This document shows positions 15,943 to 28,876 of a stretch of 64,000 nt of DNA, in pieces. Below the pieces are notes generated by a model. That model did no database searches. It was not told the DNA's origin and was given only the letters and a program-made list of their open reading frames with translations. The DNA is from Macrostomum lignano. Its lineage: Eukaryota. The stretch is taken from the NCBI GenBank assembly GCA_002269645.1, contig NIVC01000384.1, positions 496,001 to 560,000 on the forward strand, written 5' to 3'. The translations under genes and the position numbers were made by a program. How positions within the stretch are numbered: position 1 is the stretch's first letter; each line of letters starts with the position of its first letter.

Positions 15943-17601
15943 CAAGGACAACTTGATAACTCAGGACTGGAAACGAGCCAATTCATGGCGAAAAAAGTAT
16001 GAGGCTCCTTTAAAAGCATTGTTCTATGGCCCATCCGTGTGCGCATGCTTTCAGTTGCCAATGTATACTCGTATCATATTTGACTTTTTGATAGGCAGTC
16101 AGAAGGCGAGTGCATTGTCGGTTTTCTTTCATAAATAGTTTTATTACATAAAGTAAATGTCGTGAAAATACACAATGGGAAAGCTGTACACGCAGCACAT
16201 TTATAAGGAAACTCGAGAAAAATTTACGATTCTTTCTTCATCTGAACTACAAACAGAGAGGAAAATAACAGTCACAGAACGGGACAAGAGCTACTATGAT
16301 AAATAGTGAAGTGTTTGCTCCAGGTTCTCTCACTGTCCACTCAGCTTCAGTATTTTTCTATCGTGCACTTTATCCGGTGAAGGAGCGCTCTTTGCTCCTC
16401 GTTGAACATAACCATTGAAGAAACAGTTAGTGAGGCGCACGCAGCATCCCAGAACATCTGCTTCAGGGAAGTAAAACTCGCCAACGGCAGCAAACAATTT
16501 CCGCACTCGCAAAGCACATGACGGTGATCGCAGCGAAATGAAGCATCCGAAACAGAGGCAAGCAAAATTGAACAGCCACTTTGGCGGGTGCTTCAACTTT
16601 CCCCGGGAAATCATTTCAGTGAATTCACCGAGTGGGGTGTTTAAATTTTTGGCAGGATCCAAGCAGATCTCGAACCGCAACTGGTGAGTGTAACCGAAAG
16701 CATCGCAAGGAATAGTTTGGTGAAACGAAAACTCGCAGAACCATTTCGGCATTGGCGCTTAACGAGAAGATAAACACCTCTTGAACAATGGTAACAATAA
16801 GCTGATGTGCTTTGATGACGTCTGAACAGTGAATGGATGCTCGGAATTCAGTCCACGATGGCAGCGTGCCACGCTCTCGAAATTCTACTAGTTCATCTTG
16901 GAAAAGGCATCGTTCGGACAACAGCACGCCCCTTCACTCAGCCTGTCGACTGGCACGCACTGCAATATCCAAGCAATATCCAAGCTATTTGATGGAGTGC
17001 AAATACGCTCGAATATTTGAATTAAAGCAGTAGAACTTCACAAACCTTGTGTTTGAACGAGGCAGGACTGCGGGACTCCGTCGAAAACTGATGGTGGATG
17101 TAGCGGCCTTTCATTTCTTCCCTTTTTTATCATTGGTACATCTTGAGGCCAGTGCTTAGCACACACGCCCATGTAGTCTGTCACGGTCTAAACAACAACA
17201 AAATTGTTGATGAATTCATGTGGCCAGGCCAAATCTGATTCACAAAGCACATTTGAAGAAAGTCTTACCGTCAGTTGATTAGGCAGAGACAGTCGCCAAG
17301 CCGATCTCGTTCAGTTGCATCTTTAGGAAACAAAAATACTGCAACATTCCGATCACGGTTACTATTGCAGTTTGCACAAAAGAAAATGACGCTGAATTTT
17401 CTCAACATGATATTTAGTTTCAGCAAGAATAAAAGTTCTCTCTCTCAATTGCAAGTGCATGCGAAGAACTCAATTTTCAGCTCAGATTTCTTCGCTTTCG
17501 TAGCTTTGGATGGGCCATAGAACAATGCTTTTAAACGAGCCTCATACTTTTTTCGCCATGAATTGGCTCGTTTCCGGTCCTGAGTTATCAAGTCGTCCTT
17601 G
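15943..17601 (-). mobile_element. P-superfamily DNA transposon, internally deleted and non-autonomous; carries THAP exons and the transposase C-terminus
   Basis: 94-bp TIRs start CAAGG and have 3 mismatches. The 8-bp TSD tctgaatc is perfect (15935-15942 and 17602-17609). The minus strand gives a THAP-like MLRKFSVIFFCANCNSN..VFLFPKD..ER (ATG 17408, frameshifted), an 81-bp intron at 17188-17268, then VCAKHWP..RP..PPSVF. A C-terminal ISRGKLKHPP..LF..C..F...RLTNCFFNG lies at 16330-16650. Confidence 0.88.
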
Positions 17602-17641
17602 TCTGAATCCCCTTGAGATAATGATTGCAATTAATTTTTAT

Positions 17642-17830
17642 TGACCACGCCGGTAAAAACGGCTTGGCATAGCAGAGTGTCAAACTGGCATTTGCAGCGA
17701 TAGTCTATGGCCAGGCCTGCTGACCATGTCGGTATAAACGGCTTTGCACAGCAGTGTCAAACTGGCATATGCAGTGATAGTCTATGGCCAGGCCTGCTGA
17801 CCATGTCGGTATAAACGGCTTTGCACAGCA
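17642..17830. repeat. About 2.4 tandem copies of a ~78-bp unit containing gatagtctatggccaggcctgctgacca; a dispersed copy lies at ~62300-62342
   Basis: Direct repeats are visible. The same motif reappears at 62300 (gatagtctatggccagccctgctgaccacgcc). Confidence 0.8.
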
Positions 17831-18058
17831 TTCTTATTTGACCCAGCGTGCGGGAATCAAGGCATTCTTATTTGATTCTGCGTGCAGGATTGCTGATCTG
17901 GCACGCCCAAGCGTGCAGAATTGATGTTGTCTATGGCAAATTATCCTTTAGGTCTAATGCATCTTACGTGCAGGATTGCAATTTATTTTTAGACAACAAG
18001 AAAATAACGAGTGAAAATTGGTTAATATCATTACTAGTTTTTCGCTTGCGATCAGATG

Positions 18059-18589
18059 CTACTCAAATACAAATTCAATGACGTTGGTGTCACCATTGGC
18101 TCGAATCTTCAAATTCTTCCGATTTTCCGGAATAACTCGCACACAGCGCACCGAGCCCGACGTAGGATCGTTGATCACGTCAACTGGGTCACTTGCCTCA
18201 CTGCGTACAACTTGAGGGTCGGCCGTAGTAGCCACCTCCACGGCAGCCGTTAGTTGATGGCTCATAGCACAAATCGCTTGTTCGCGTTTATTCCCGCGTC
18301 GAATGTAGCGCTCGACGGATGCACCTCGCTTGTGGCCAGTCACTTTAGCGATAGTTTCGACATTAAATCCAGCGTCGTGAAGTTCTGTGATTACAGTTGC
18401 ACGCACACAATGCGCAGTGTATGGCTTGGACAATCCGGCGGACGTAGAAATTTTCTTCATCAGAGGCCCAAGGGTGTTGACTCCTACTGCACTCTTGCTG
18501 TACCACTTACCAGATGAACGAAAGTTAGCGTTTGGTCGCAGAAAGAAGTCCACTCCGTTCCATCCTTCAACTTCGGTGACCTTTTGCAA
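18059..18589 (-). mobile_element. Crypton/DUF3504-type tyrosine recombinase, C-terminal catalytic fragment
   Basis: WYSKSAVGVNTLGPLMKKISTSAGLSKPYTAHCVRATVITEL..GF....I..VTGHK...SVERY retains H-x-x-R, (T)GH and the catalytic Tyr in the Crypton/KCTD1/ZMYM-type context. The N-terminal half is not found. Confidence 0.8.
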
Positions 18590-19261
18590 CTAGCTTTCAA
18601 TTGTAATCTCCTTTCGTTACCCCCTCCCCTCACCATCTCCAGCGTGCAAGATTGATTTTGTCTATGGTTAAAATGTGGGGGCTGCCCCCCCACGCCCCCA
18701 GCGGGGGCTCTGCCCCCGCACCCCCGCTAGCAGCGGGTAATGTCTATAGTAATATCAATTATAACCTTTTTTGGGCAGAATGTAAAATGAAAGAATCAAA
18801 TAAGAATGAGATTCATGCACGCCAACTCGTGCGTCTATGGCAAAGAGCATCGGAGCCATTGCAATTAAAATTCAATTGGCTAATGAAAACTGGGCGACAT
18901 CATTAGCAAAAGTTATACTTTCAAAAAACTGCACTATTCATTCGAACGTGTTGTATACTCACTAGAGTTGTTTGTTTGATTTTCTGCTACTAAAAGGCAT
19001 CAAAAACAGTCCTTGTACTTTTCCTACGGTCAGGAAAATGATCCTCGCCGAGTCGTTTCGTCAAATAACAGCTGTTGCGCTGCTGTCTTTAAGAACAAAC
19101 TGATAGCCTATTTAATTGTTGCTGAATACGAACTACTTTACGCTCAATTTTCCGACTTTGAACTTTATCATACGACGCGCAAAGAACGTATTGTAAATTT
19201 TCAAGCGCTTTAAGAAGGCTGCCATCAATAGCATTCTTTAGTTCAGAATGCATTTCTTACG

Positions 19262-20343
19262 TCACTCGAACGGATTGACGCACTCGCACAGAGCTGTCGC
19301 GATGCCCGAATACGTGTTGGTTACGTCATCGATACCAGTCACGTGACTACTCCAGATGTTGGTCTTATTGTAGTTATCGCCGTGGTTTGGTTGTCCGGGC
19401 AGCCACACCTCGGGCAGGAAGCTCGAGTTGCAGCGGTGCCAGAACCAGGTGCCGCTAGCGAAACTGCCGACCCGGTAGCCGCCGACGAAATACGAGGCGC
19501 CCGAGTTCGCATTGGTTTTGATCCAGTGCAGGTGGTCCACTTCGGCCCGGTCGATTCCGTCGGCGAACTTCGTGAGGCCGAGCTCGGCCTGGCAGATGGA
19601 GAGTCCGGTGGACCAGCTGGGAGCCTGGATCAGCCTGGGGTGGTGGGTTTGCGATCCTCCATCATTCTCAGATTGCATTCTCATCTACATTCGCATCCGC
19701 ATCCGCATCCACATCCGCATCCGCATCCGGATCCGCATCCGCATACGCATCCGCATCCGCATCCACATCCGCATCCGCATCCGCATCCGCATCTATATCC
19801 GCATTCGCATCTCCTCTACACACTTGAGTGCTTATTATAATCGTTTTATTCATTACACATCACGAGCTCGAAAAATGCCCATCTCTCACGCATTGCATTG
19901 CCATACTAAAACACAATTGAGTCTTCACAGCCGCGAGACTCTGAGCCCGCATACCTGTACGTGGAGCTGAAATGCCGGTTGCCGTAGCCGTCCGGACACA
20001 CCCGTCCGTCGGACAGTCCGGCCAGGCGTCGAACGAAGGCCCAGCCGAACTGGCTGCAGCTGTCCAGGTTGGCTCGGTGGCTGCAACTGTCGAACTCGAA
20101 GGTCCAACACTGGCCGGAGTCGGGCTCCAGACGGAAGGCTCGGCAGCGAGGCGAGCGGCTGCAAGCGCTGGCGCAAGCGACTTTTAGGTAAGGCGCCACT
20201 CCAGCGGGAGCTCGGACGAACTCCGGCCGCAGGCAGAGGCGGATGTAGGCGTAAGCAAAGTTGCTCGTGACGTCTGAGGACTGTTGATATACATTCGTAG
20301 CTTTTAGCCACAGCAGCAGCGCAATCAACGAGATTGATCTCAT
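19262..20343 (-). CDS. Secreted PAN/apple-like + C-type lectin domain protein, 253 aa; exons 20343-19955 and 19634-19262 (copy A)
   Basis: Signal-like N-terminus, then [14 protein letters not shown]...C (PAN-like), then a CTL pattern CPDGY..F..TYRL....W..G...C, YFVGG, WLPGQPN, IDDV, LCE. Phase-2 junction AG|GTATGC...ccccag|G. Confidence 0.8.
19690..19808. repeat. (CATCCG)n hexamer in the lectin intron
   Basis: Directly visible; mirrored at 24352-24513. Confidence 0.95.
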
Positions 20344-21111
20344 TCTAGAAGTTTAGTTTAAGGCTGCCAGTCTCAATTGAAGTTTTGAGCATACAACGTC
20401 TTTAATAAAAATTGCTATTAAGTAAATTAAAGCAGGCTAGGGGTTGCTCAGCTACGGATGGCAATTATTTTAAACGAATCAGTTTGGACAGCCATCGCAA
20501 GCAAAACCTGTTAGTTTTTCTGTTGCTTTTCGAGGCTTTTAATACTGTTTAACTGATAAAGAGGAATTTAATTGCACAACCGAATTCCAATTTCACTAAT
20601 TGCACTCATCCAAAACCAGATACTTGACATCTGACGACAAGTATAAAATGGCTTTTTCGGAATTTCTCCAGGAGCTAACGAATACGAGCATATAAACCTT
20701 TTCATTCTTCGGAACCCTAAAACACTTTATTGAACGTAGCTCGTATTATTTTGAACGATACGCAATCGAATTGAGGTGTCAATCGAGTAAATCTCCAATA
20801 AACTTCTCCAAATAATGGAGTCAAAAGCACTGGAGTTCAAGTCTCGACGAGTCATTGAAGTTCTCGACACCAACTCAAAGATGTAGATTTATCTGATATG
20901 TGCACTCAAAAGCCTAATTGGTTTTTAATGGCTAAGCGCACACGCTTGGACTGGATATCATTTGAGTGACATTGTAGGGTTTTAGAAAGGTAGAAAGTAT
21001 TTTTCGAAGTTGGGGTTTTTCACCTATGTACACCTGTAAACCAGTGTTTTAATTAAAAACTCAAACTCCCTCTGTTTCCATTGCCTATCTATGCGCTAAT
21101 GATATACGAGC

Positions 21112-21470
21112 GTGAGGCCATCTCAATTGTTCCTGCTCCTTCTTTCAGGTAAGCAGCTTCAAGCTTCAGCCAGCCGAAAGAAAAATTCGAACCTATACAG
21201 ATTCGCTTACATCTGCATGTGACTTCGGCCCGAGTTTATCACACAGCGCGAGGAAGTTTCGCTTGGCAACAGAATTGAATACACTGCACCTTGCAGCTAG
21301 TCGGTTCGCTGCCAGGCCTTCCAGCTGCAGCCGGGCTCTGGCAGCTTCTGGACCTTCGAGTTCGACAGGTGCAGCCACCGAGTCAACCTGAAAAACTGCA
21401 GCCGTTTCGATTGGGCGTTCGTGCGAGGCTTTTTGGAAGTGCGGAGCGGCAGGCTTTGTAGATTTCAAGC
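21112..21470 (+). pseudogene. Diverged PAN-lectin paralog fragment (copy B) with in-frame stops
   Basis: Translates as RPSQLFLLLLS...FAYICM*LRPEFI...APCS*SVRCQAFQLQPGSGSFWTFEFDRCSHRVNLKNCSRFDWAFVR, which aligns to exon 1 of copy A. Confidence 0.75.
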
Positions 21471-22874
21471 CTATGTATTTGAATCATAAATTTTATCCAG
21501 TAATATTTATTGACCCAATGATGTCAACGCATCAGTAAGGGGCGTAAAGTACATTATACTGTCTATACATGCTGTATATTCGTGGGCAACTGGGAGATCA
21601 ATTGCACCACTTGTTTGCTACAGAGCTGGTTTAGACCCCGCAAACAGGCGAGAGCCAGTCACTCAGGCGCCGAATGTCACACTGGCAGAGTACCAGCTTC
21701 TGGGGGTCAAGACTTCCAGATGGCGTCTTGGTGAATCCAGCTTCTGGGGCCGAGGCTTGACCATGGTGGTCCACTTACCAACTCCCTTCACGGGTAGGTT
21801 CACCTAGCGCAATGTCAGCTCAAAGCAGCTCACCAGCGATACAAGATCATCAGCTAGAAGCCTCAGGCTGCACCACAACCCTCCGATCCGAGTACGCCTT
21901 CGGTGTCATAAGAGATCTCATCAGAGACCGTCTTTTTGGCTTCACTCGTGACTTACTGCACTCAAGCTCTTAAGCGCTAAAAATAAACAATACGGTTGAT
22001 TCCTACACGCTTCCTCTTCGTCAAAGCTCTTCGATTCGGTCCTCAGCTGGACAGCCGGCTTCAATACCTGTGCATTGACGATGTTGACTGAGACGTACTG
22101 TCTCACTACGAAAGCCCTGTGCGAATGCGTGGTGAAGAGTTTCAGAGTGGTGATCAGTCACTCGAAACCTCCCACTTCAGACCCTAAGCCTGGGAACAGA
22201 ATTCAGCGATCACTTACTAATGCGGGCTCCTCTTCTTTGTCGCGTGGGTCCTTAGAACTCTTCTCTTGTCTTCGGAGTAGTCTTCTTGGGTCCTAACGGT
22301 ATTGATTTCCCTCAGAGATGTAGCCTCGTTTAGCTGCTCCAACAAGCTTAAGATCTTTGGAGGCTGCTCCGAGTCAGAGATTTTTAGCTCGATTTTGGCT
22401 TGTATTTATAGGAAAATCTTGCGAGAATCTGGTTATTTTTGATTAGGTGACTTAGGTTCGCTTTTTTGGAAATTTGACCCTTTGAAAATTGAATCGAATT
22501 TTTGCGAATACAATAGATTTCGAGCATCAATTACCATATTCGCTGTTCTAAATTTAAATGTTGCAAAATAATCATTCGTTTTTTTCGTGGTACCATAAAT
22601 AGTGTGTGACTACTTGGAATCTTTAGATTTTGAGTTTTTCGCATTTTTATCTTTCTACTTCTAGTAGTTTGCTTTATACTGTATTTTGGAGATCTCTACA
22701 GTGGATCCATTCCACGGACTAGTTAGGGCTGAATAGATTTCGTAATGACCTTTATAAGTATCGTTTATTAAATTAAGTGAATGAAATTTGAAGGTCTCAA
22801 AGTGACAAACTTAAAAATGAGTTTTGTGACTGCAAAATCAAATTTTAACAGTAGTGATAACAGCAATTTTCATT

Positions 22875-23446
<572 letters not shown>

Positions 23447-23846
23447 GAAGCTGATGAAGCTGGAACTGCCAGCTTATATAATAGCTCGTAAAAATAGGAG
23501 AATTAGTAGGAATTTTTCGTTTATGAAAAGGTTATTCATAGAGGAAGCAATTATAATTATTTCACATTATTCGACAATGTAAAAGCGATAATTCGGTATG
23601 TTTTTTCGACGAGCCAATGAAGTTTTTCTGTCTATGAAAGCAACCTAGTATGTATCTATCCATGACAAAGGAGAGTTCCAGACCGTTTCACCAATCACCA
23701 CGCGCACATTGTCTGTAGAACATTCTGTTCGTTCTCCTGTCCAATAGGAGCATACCGCTGAGAAGACCCTCAGTCCATATAAAGTTCCAAATTTGCAGGT
23801 GTAATTTGGTTCAATTACAATTTGTCAATTAAAATTTAAATAGGAA

Positions 23847-24854
23847 ATGCAAGCAAAAATTTACATTGTTTTGCTTGTCCTGCAAGCAGCCAGTGTGCAG
23901 ATGCAGGAATCATATTTGATGGAAACTTTCAAGCTCACTCTTGTCCGCCTCTGCCTGCGGCCGGAGTTCGTCCGAGCTCCCGATGGAGTGGCGCCTTACC
24001 TTAAGAGTCGCTTGCGCCAGCGCTTGCAGCCGCTCGCCTCGCTGCCGAGCCTTCCGTCTGGAGCCCGACTCCGGCCAGTGTCGGACCTTCGAGTTCGACA
24101 GTTGCAGCCACCGAGCCAACCTGGACAGCTGCAGCCAGTTCGACGTCTGGCCGGACTGTCCGACGGACGGGTGTGTCCGGACGGCTACGGCAACCGGCAC
24201 TTCACCTCCACTTACAGGTATGCGGGCTCAGAGTCTCGCGGCTGTGAGCACTCAATTGTGTTTTAGTATGGCAATCCATCATGCCGAGCTCATGAGGCGT
24301 TAAGGTTAGAATGAGATCATAATAAGCATATAGGTGTTCAGATGCTGTTGCGAATGCGGATGCGGATGCGGATGCGGATGCGGATGCGGATGCGGATGCG
24401 GATGCGGATGCGGATGCGGATGCGGATGCGGATGCGGATGCGGATGCGGATGCGGATGCCGATGCGGATGCGGATGCGGATGCGGATGCCGATGCGGATT
24501 CGGATGCGGATGCGAATGAGAATGTAGATGAGAATGCAATCTGAGAATGATATAGGATCGCAAACCCACCACCCCAGGCTGATCCAGGCTCCCAGCTGGT
24601 CCACCGGACTCTCCATCTGCCAGGCCGAGCTCGGCCTCACGAAGCTCGCCGATTGAATCGACCGGGCCGAAGTAGACCACCTGCACTGGATCAAAACCAA
24701 CGCGAACTCGGGCGCTTCGTATTTCGTCGGCGGCTACCGGGTCGGCAGTTTCGCCAGCGGCACCTCGCCAGCGGCGACCGGCATCGATGACGTAACGAAC
24801 ACGTATCCGGACATCGCGACGGCTCTATGCGAGTGCGTCAATCCGTTTGAGTGA
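23847..24854 (+). pseudogene. Inverted near-identical PAN-lectin copy C; exons 23847-24217 and 24578-24854
   Basis: Inverted match to copy A from ~23945 onward. It carries a +1 insertion near 24000, a 16-bp deletion near 24140, a premature TGA at 24654-24656, and loss of the QPN loop segment. Confidence 0.85.
24352..24513. repeat. (GCGGAT)n hexamer in the intron of copy C
   Basis: Directly visible. Confidence 0.95.
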
Positions 24855-26606
24855 CGACAGAATTGCGACTGATAGCAGGCGGCTTCTTGAATACTTCAAA
24901 TGAAAATTTTAATTAATAGAACTCAGGCGAAGTTAGGCTACAATAGATTGAAGAGACTTCTCTACAGTAATCACACAAGATACAATGGCTTTTCCACGAT
25001 CATGACAATAGCCAGAAAATGCAATCCAGGAAAACAGTAAAATATACCAGTATAAAAAAGTTGTTTAATGCAGGAAAATAGTCGAAGTTTTCATTTTTTT
25101 GCCTAGCAACAAGCCAAAAAACAAACTACGAATGCATTTAAAAATGAAAAAATGAACGGACTAATGCATCATAGCTCGTAAAATGAATCGACAATCGCAT
25201 GAAAAAGAATAAATGAGAAAGGAAACAATGGACAAATGCATCATAAATTTGAAGGAAATGAATCGACTAATGCAGATTAATAGAGAATGAAAAAAAGATT
25301 TGACAAATTCATCCTGTTTCATTTTTTTAACTTGAGTAATCTTCAAATGATACATGTAGAAACGGGCTCTAATAATAAAGTATTAGAATTTAGAAAACGA
25401 TTAAAACGCATTATGTTTATTGACGTAGTTGGTTTAGTTCTGACGCAGTTGGTAAGTTAATGGTTTAGTTTGTTAAAGTACAATTCACGTGAAATTGGTT
25501 ACTAGAGATTAAACGGTTGTTACCCGATTTCATCTACTGTTAGCAGTAGTATACAATGAGCTTACTGCAGGTCTTTTTGTAGCTTGTCGGTGACATACCC
25601 GCATATTTGAATGATGAAATTATTCACAGCCAATTTATACTCGTTTTCAATAGCCTGACTGATTTCTTGATGTACAAACTGCCTTTTTAGCTATTTCGAA
25701 TAGACTGTTACGCCAAAAAGAATGGGAATTCAAAATTTACAGAGATTATCATAGCCTCTAGCCTAAAAGTACTCCAGGACATGAGAAACATCGTGTTGGC
25801 TGAGCGAATTCGGCGGAGTATTTGTTTGGTTGGAAGTCCTTGGAGTTTCTGTAGCTTATAAGTTATGAAGAAGTAGCGATAAAAGACGCGAGATAAATAT
25901 AAATCTGTAATACTAAATAGTATCTCCTGTTTGCAACAGATTCTGCTAACAGATATGATTTATTCATTGGAAAATGCTATTACTGTAGTGTACTATATTG
26001 ATATAGTGTACTATATACTACATATGTGGATTTTACTGAGTTCAGGAGCCAGCTGACATCCTTGCTATTGCAAGACGATTGTAGGCTTGCGATAAAGAAC
26101 TATGTACGTACAGGATATAGGAAGCACGTCAGAACGTATCAACAAAATTGGAAAAAAGTTAATAGCCAGTACAAAGAGATAAGCTAATCCTGAGTTGGCA
26201 AAAAGCATTTTAGTTTAACTTTCCATCGCATTTTCCTCAACGATTCCCAATCGTTGAAGCTGAAGCAATTTAGTTAATCAGGACTTGTGCAAAATAGGAT
26301 CCTCGCCCTCGCGTCTGACCCTCGCGTCAAAGTTCCTTCGTGGATTCGATTCTGAGAGCTACCACTTTCATTTGGGATTCATGCTCATAATAGCCATCCC
26401 CCCAAGACGCAGATTATGTACATATGCTTTTACGATGAGATAGTCGGCCCGCTGTACATATGTGCCTGCTCAGTGTGTACTCAGAGGTCGACTGTGTTCG
26501 AAGTCCTGCTGCAAACAGCTCAAAACATATTTTGCTGCAATTTTGCATTAGATTAAGTCATTCGTAAAACATTTAGTAGTATTCCAAAGAAGCCATTGGT
26601 AGCCTT

Positions 26607-27764
26607 TCAAGAGTCGCCTTGAAACTTAGAAACCAGCTGCTTCACCCTTGTTGACGTGCCGAAAGTGCCACTGGTGCCGCCTGCGCCAGGACCGTCGCCC
26701 CTTTGTCGACGCCTTCGTCTCAATTCTGCCGGAGCCGCTTCGAAGGATCGACTAGGCGTCAGCCGATCTGGCGGCACGTAGGCGTAGGGCGACTCCGGCA
26801 GACGGACTGACGGTCGCTCCGCTGTCATCGACGCAGAGCAATCCGCGTCCGTCTCCGGCTTCTCGGCAATTACTCGGACGACTGCACCGTTTTGATCGCC
26901 AGCTTCTGGCAGCAGTGCCAGAGTTTGAGTCCGCTCCGCAGGGTGAAACTGCTGGTCGGTTGGCGAGGCCTCCTCGCTCAGCAGGTAAGCTACAGGATAA
27001 TAGTTGTCAGCTGATTGAAACCGGCGCGTTTGGCAGCTGGGCGGATTCTGCTGCTGCGGTTGCGGTTGCCCCGGCGCCTGACTGTCTCTGAGGTGATAGT
27101 TGGGCGTGAGCAAGTAGAATAGTAGCCTGTCTCTTGCGCTTAAGTACCTGGTTTTCCTGCCATCCAGCTCAATTCGGGGGCCAGCTAAAAATTTGATCTG
27201 AGACGACTGTGGCCTTCATGTTTGACCACGCCCATTAGCTAACTACCAAACCAACTAGCATGTCTATAAATATAGTGATCCTACTTAGTTGGATGAGAAA
27301 TTGTTAGCAAGCTATTTTCAAAGTATTTGTAAATCTTACCTTATCGATACTTCTGGATGATGGAGCTGATGGAGCCGCTGGTGCGGGGCTTCAAAAACTT
27401 CAGTTGGCTTGTCCGAATGAAACAGGCTGAACAGCCTCCCTCGTCTTGGTCGCCGCAACTGATGCGGCTGGTTCATCAGCAAGCCAACTGGAGTTCGCGG
27501 CTGCTGACGAGTTTCTGAAAGCAACAGCTGCATTGCAGAGTCGCTGCCGGCTGAACGATGCATCTGCAAAGTCGGTTCCGCCTGCGTCTCCGGTTTATCA
27601 CCGTCAGGTGCTCCTTGATCTGTCAGTCGCATCTCACTTTCCTTTTTTGTCTCAACTTGAGTCTCTCCATGCATCTCGACCTTCTTCTCTGTCTCGTCTT
27701 GAGCATCTACTCGAAATCCTTGAATATTTCCTTGGAACTTTGAAGCAGCTGCGTGAACTGGCAT
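26607..27764 (-). CDS. Orphan, probably disordered protein; last two exons ~27764-27340 and 27126-26607 (5' end uncertain)
   Basis: Phase-2 donor AG|GTAAGA joins acceptor gacag|G in frame. GC-rich codons. The C-terminus is RVKQLVSKFQGDS. Confidence 0.55.
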
Positions 27765-28629
27765 CTCGCGTCCATCTTGTTTTGTCTCTTATCAAAATAA
27801 AACCAACCGTTGAAGTCGGCCTCCATTAAGAGCTCGCCCGGCCAACCATGGTACTCTATAATTCGAGCATTGTTGACTCAGCTCAAGCTCTTGTTCAGTT
27901 TTTCTTTTGAGCGAATAAATGTCATGCAAAAAAGTGCTGAGGCTGTGTCAATAGAGGCGGCTCTGGCGAGGTTTTGTCATTCAGTACCTATAAATAACAA
28001 AGGTCTAATCTTGATAACTACAAACCGCAAGCGTTTTGTCATTCAAAGTTTTTTTTCTTTCAATAGTTGATATGGAAAATCACACTCTTTGTCGGATTTG
28101 CACACAAGACAGACAGTGTAGGTCAGCAGTATTTTTTGATGAAATAGCGTCACAGCCTCACAGTAATTGATTGGCGCAGTTCAGACTAGAAAAAAGTAGC
28201 TATCGATGCAACACACAGGCCAACTGCCCAATATAGATTTAGCTTCTCTCATTAAACAGCCGGTCTATTTTTACCGAACGGGGATAATTGTGTCAGTGAA
28301 ACACAACACCCTTTGTTAGTCAGCTGACAGCTCGATAATGTGGGTTATTGAGCTCAGTCCAGAGCTTGATTAACGGGCTATGACCGAAAATATCAGTGGC
28401 TTCGAATTGATTTATCCTTGTTTTGCTATTACACTCTACGAAAAGCAGAAAAACGTCTTAATTACATTTTTCAGCTAAACTCACTTTTAGAAATAGTGCA
28501 GCAAGGATGGAAATTGTAGGTTGTAACTTTGAGGACGCGGCAACAGGGGACTTCTGATTTTTTACCCTTATGGGCGCTCTTAGCTCTAGAATGAAATAGA
28601 GAGCAGACACAGTATTCAGACCTATTCAG

Positions 28630-28876
<247 letters not shown>

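Noticed and set aside
22143-22172. Stem gagtg...cactc followed by GAAAC (hammerhead-like half)
   Set aside because: There is no CUGANGA box upstream.
23451-23475. CUGAUGA-AGCUGG..CCAGCU, resembling a hammerhead core and helix II
   Set aside because: It is followed by uauaua rather than GAAA, so the catalytic core is incomplete.
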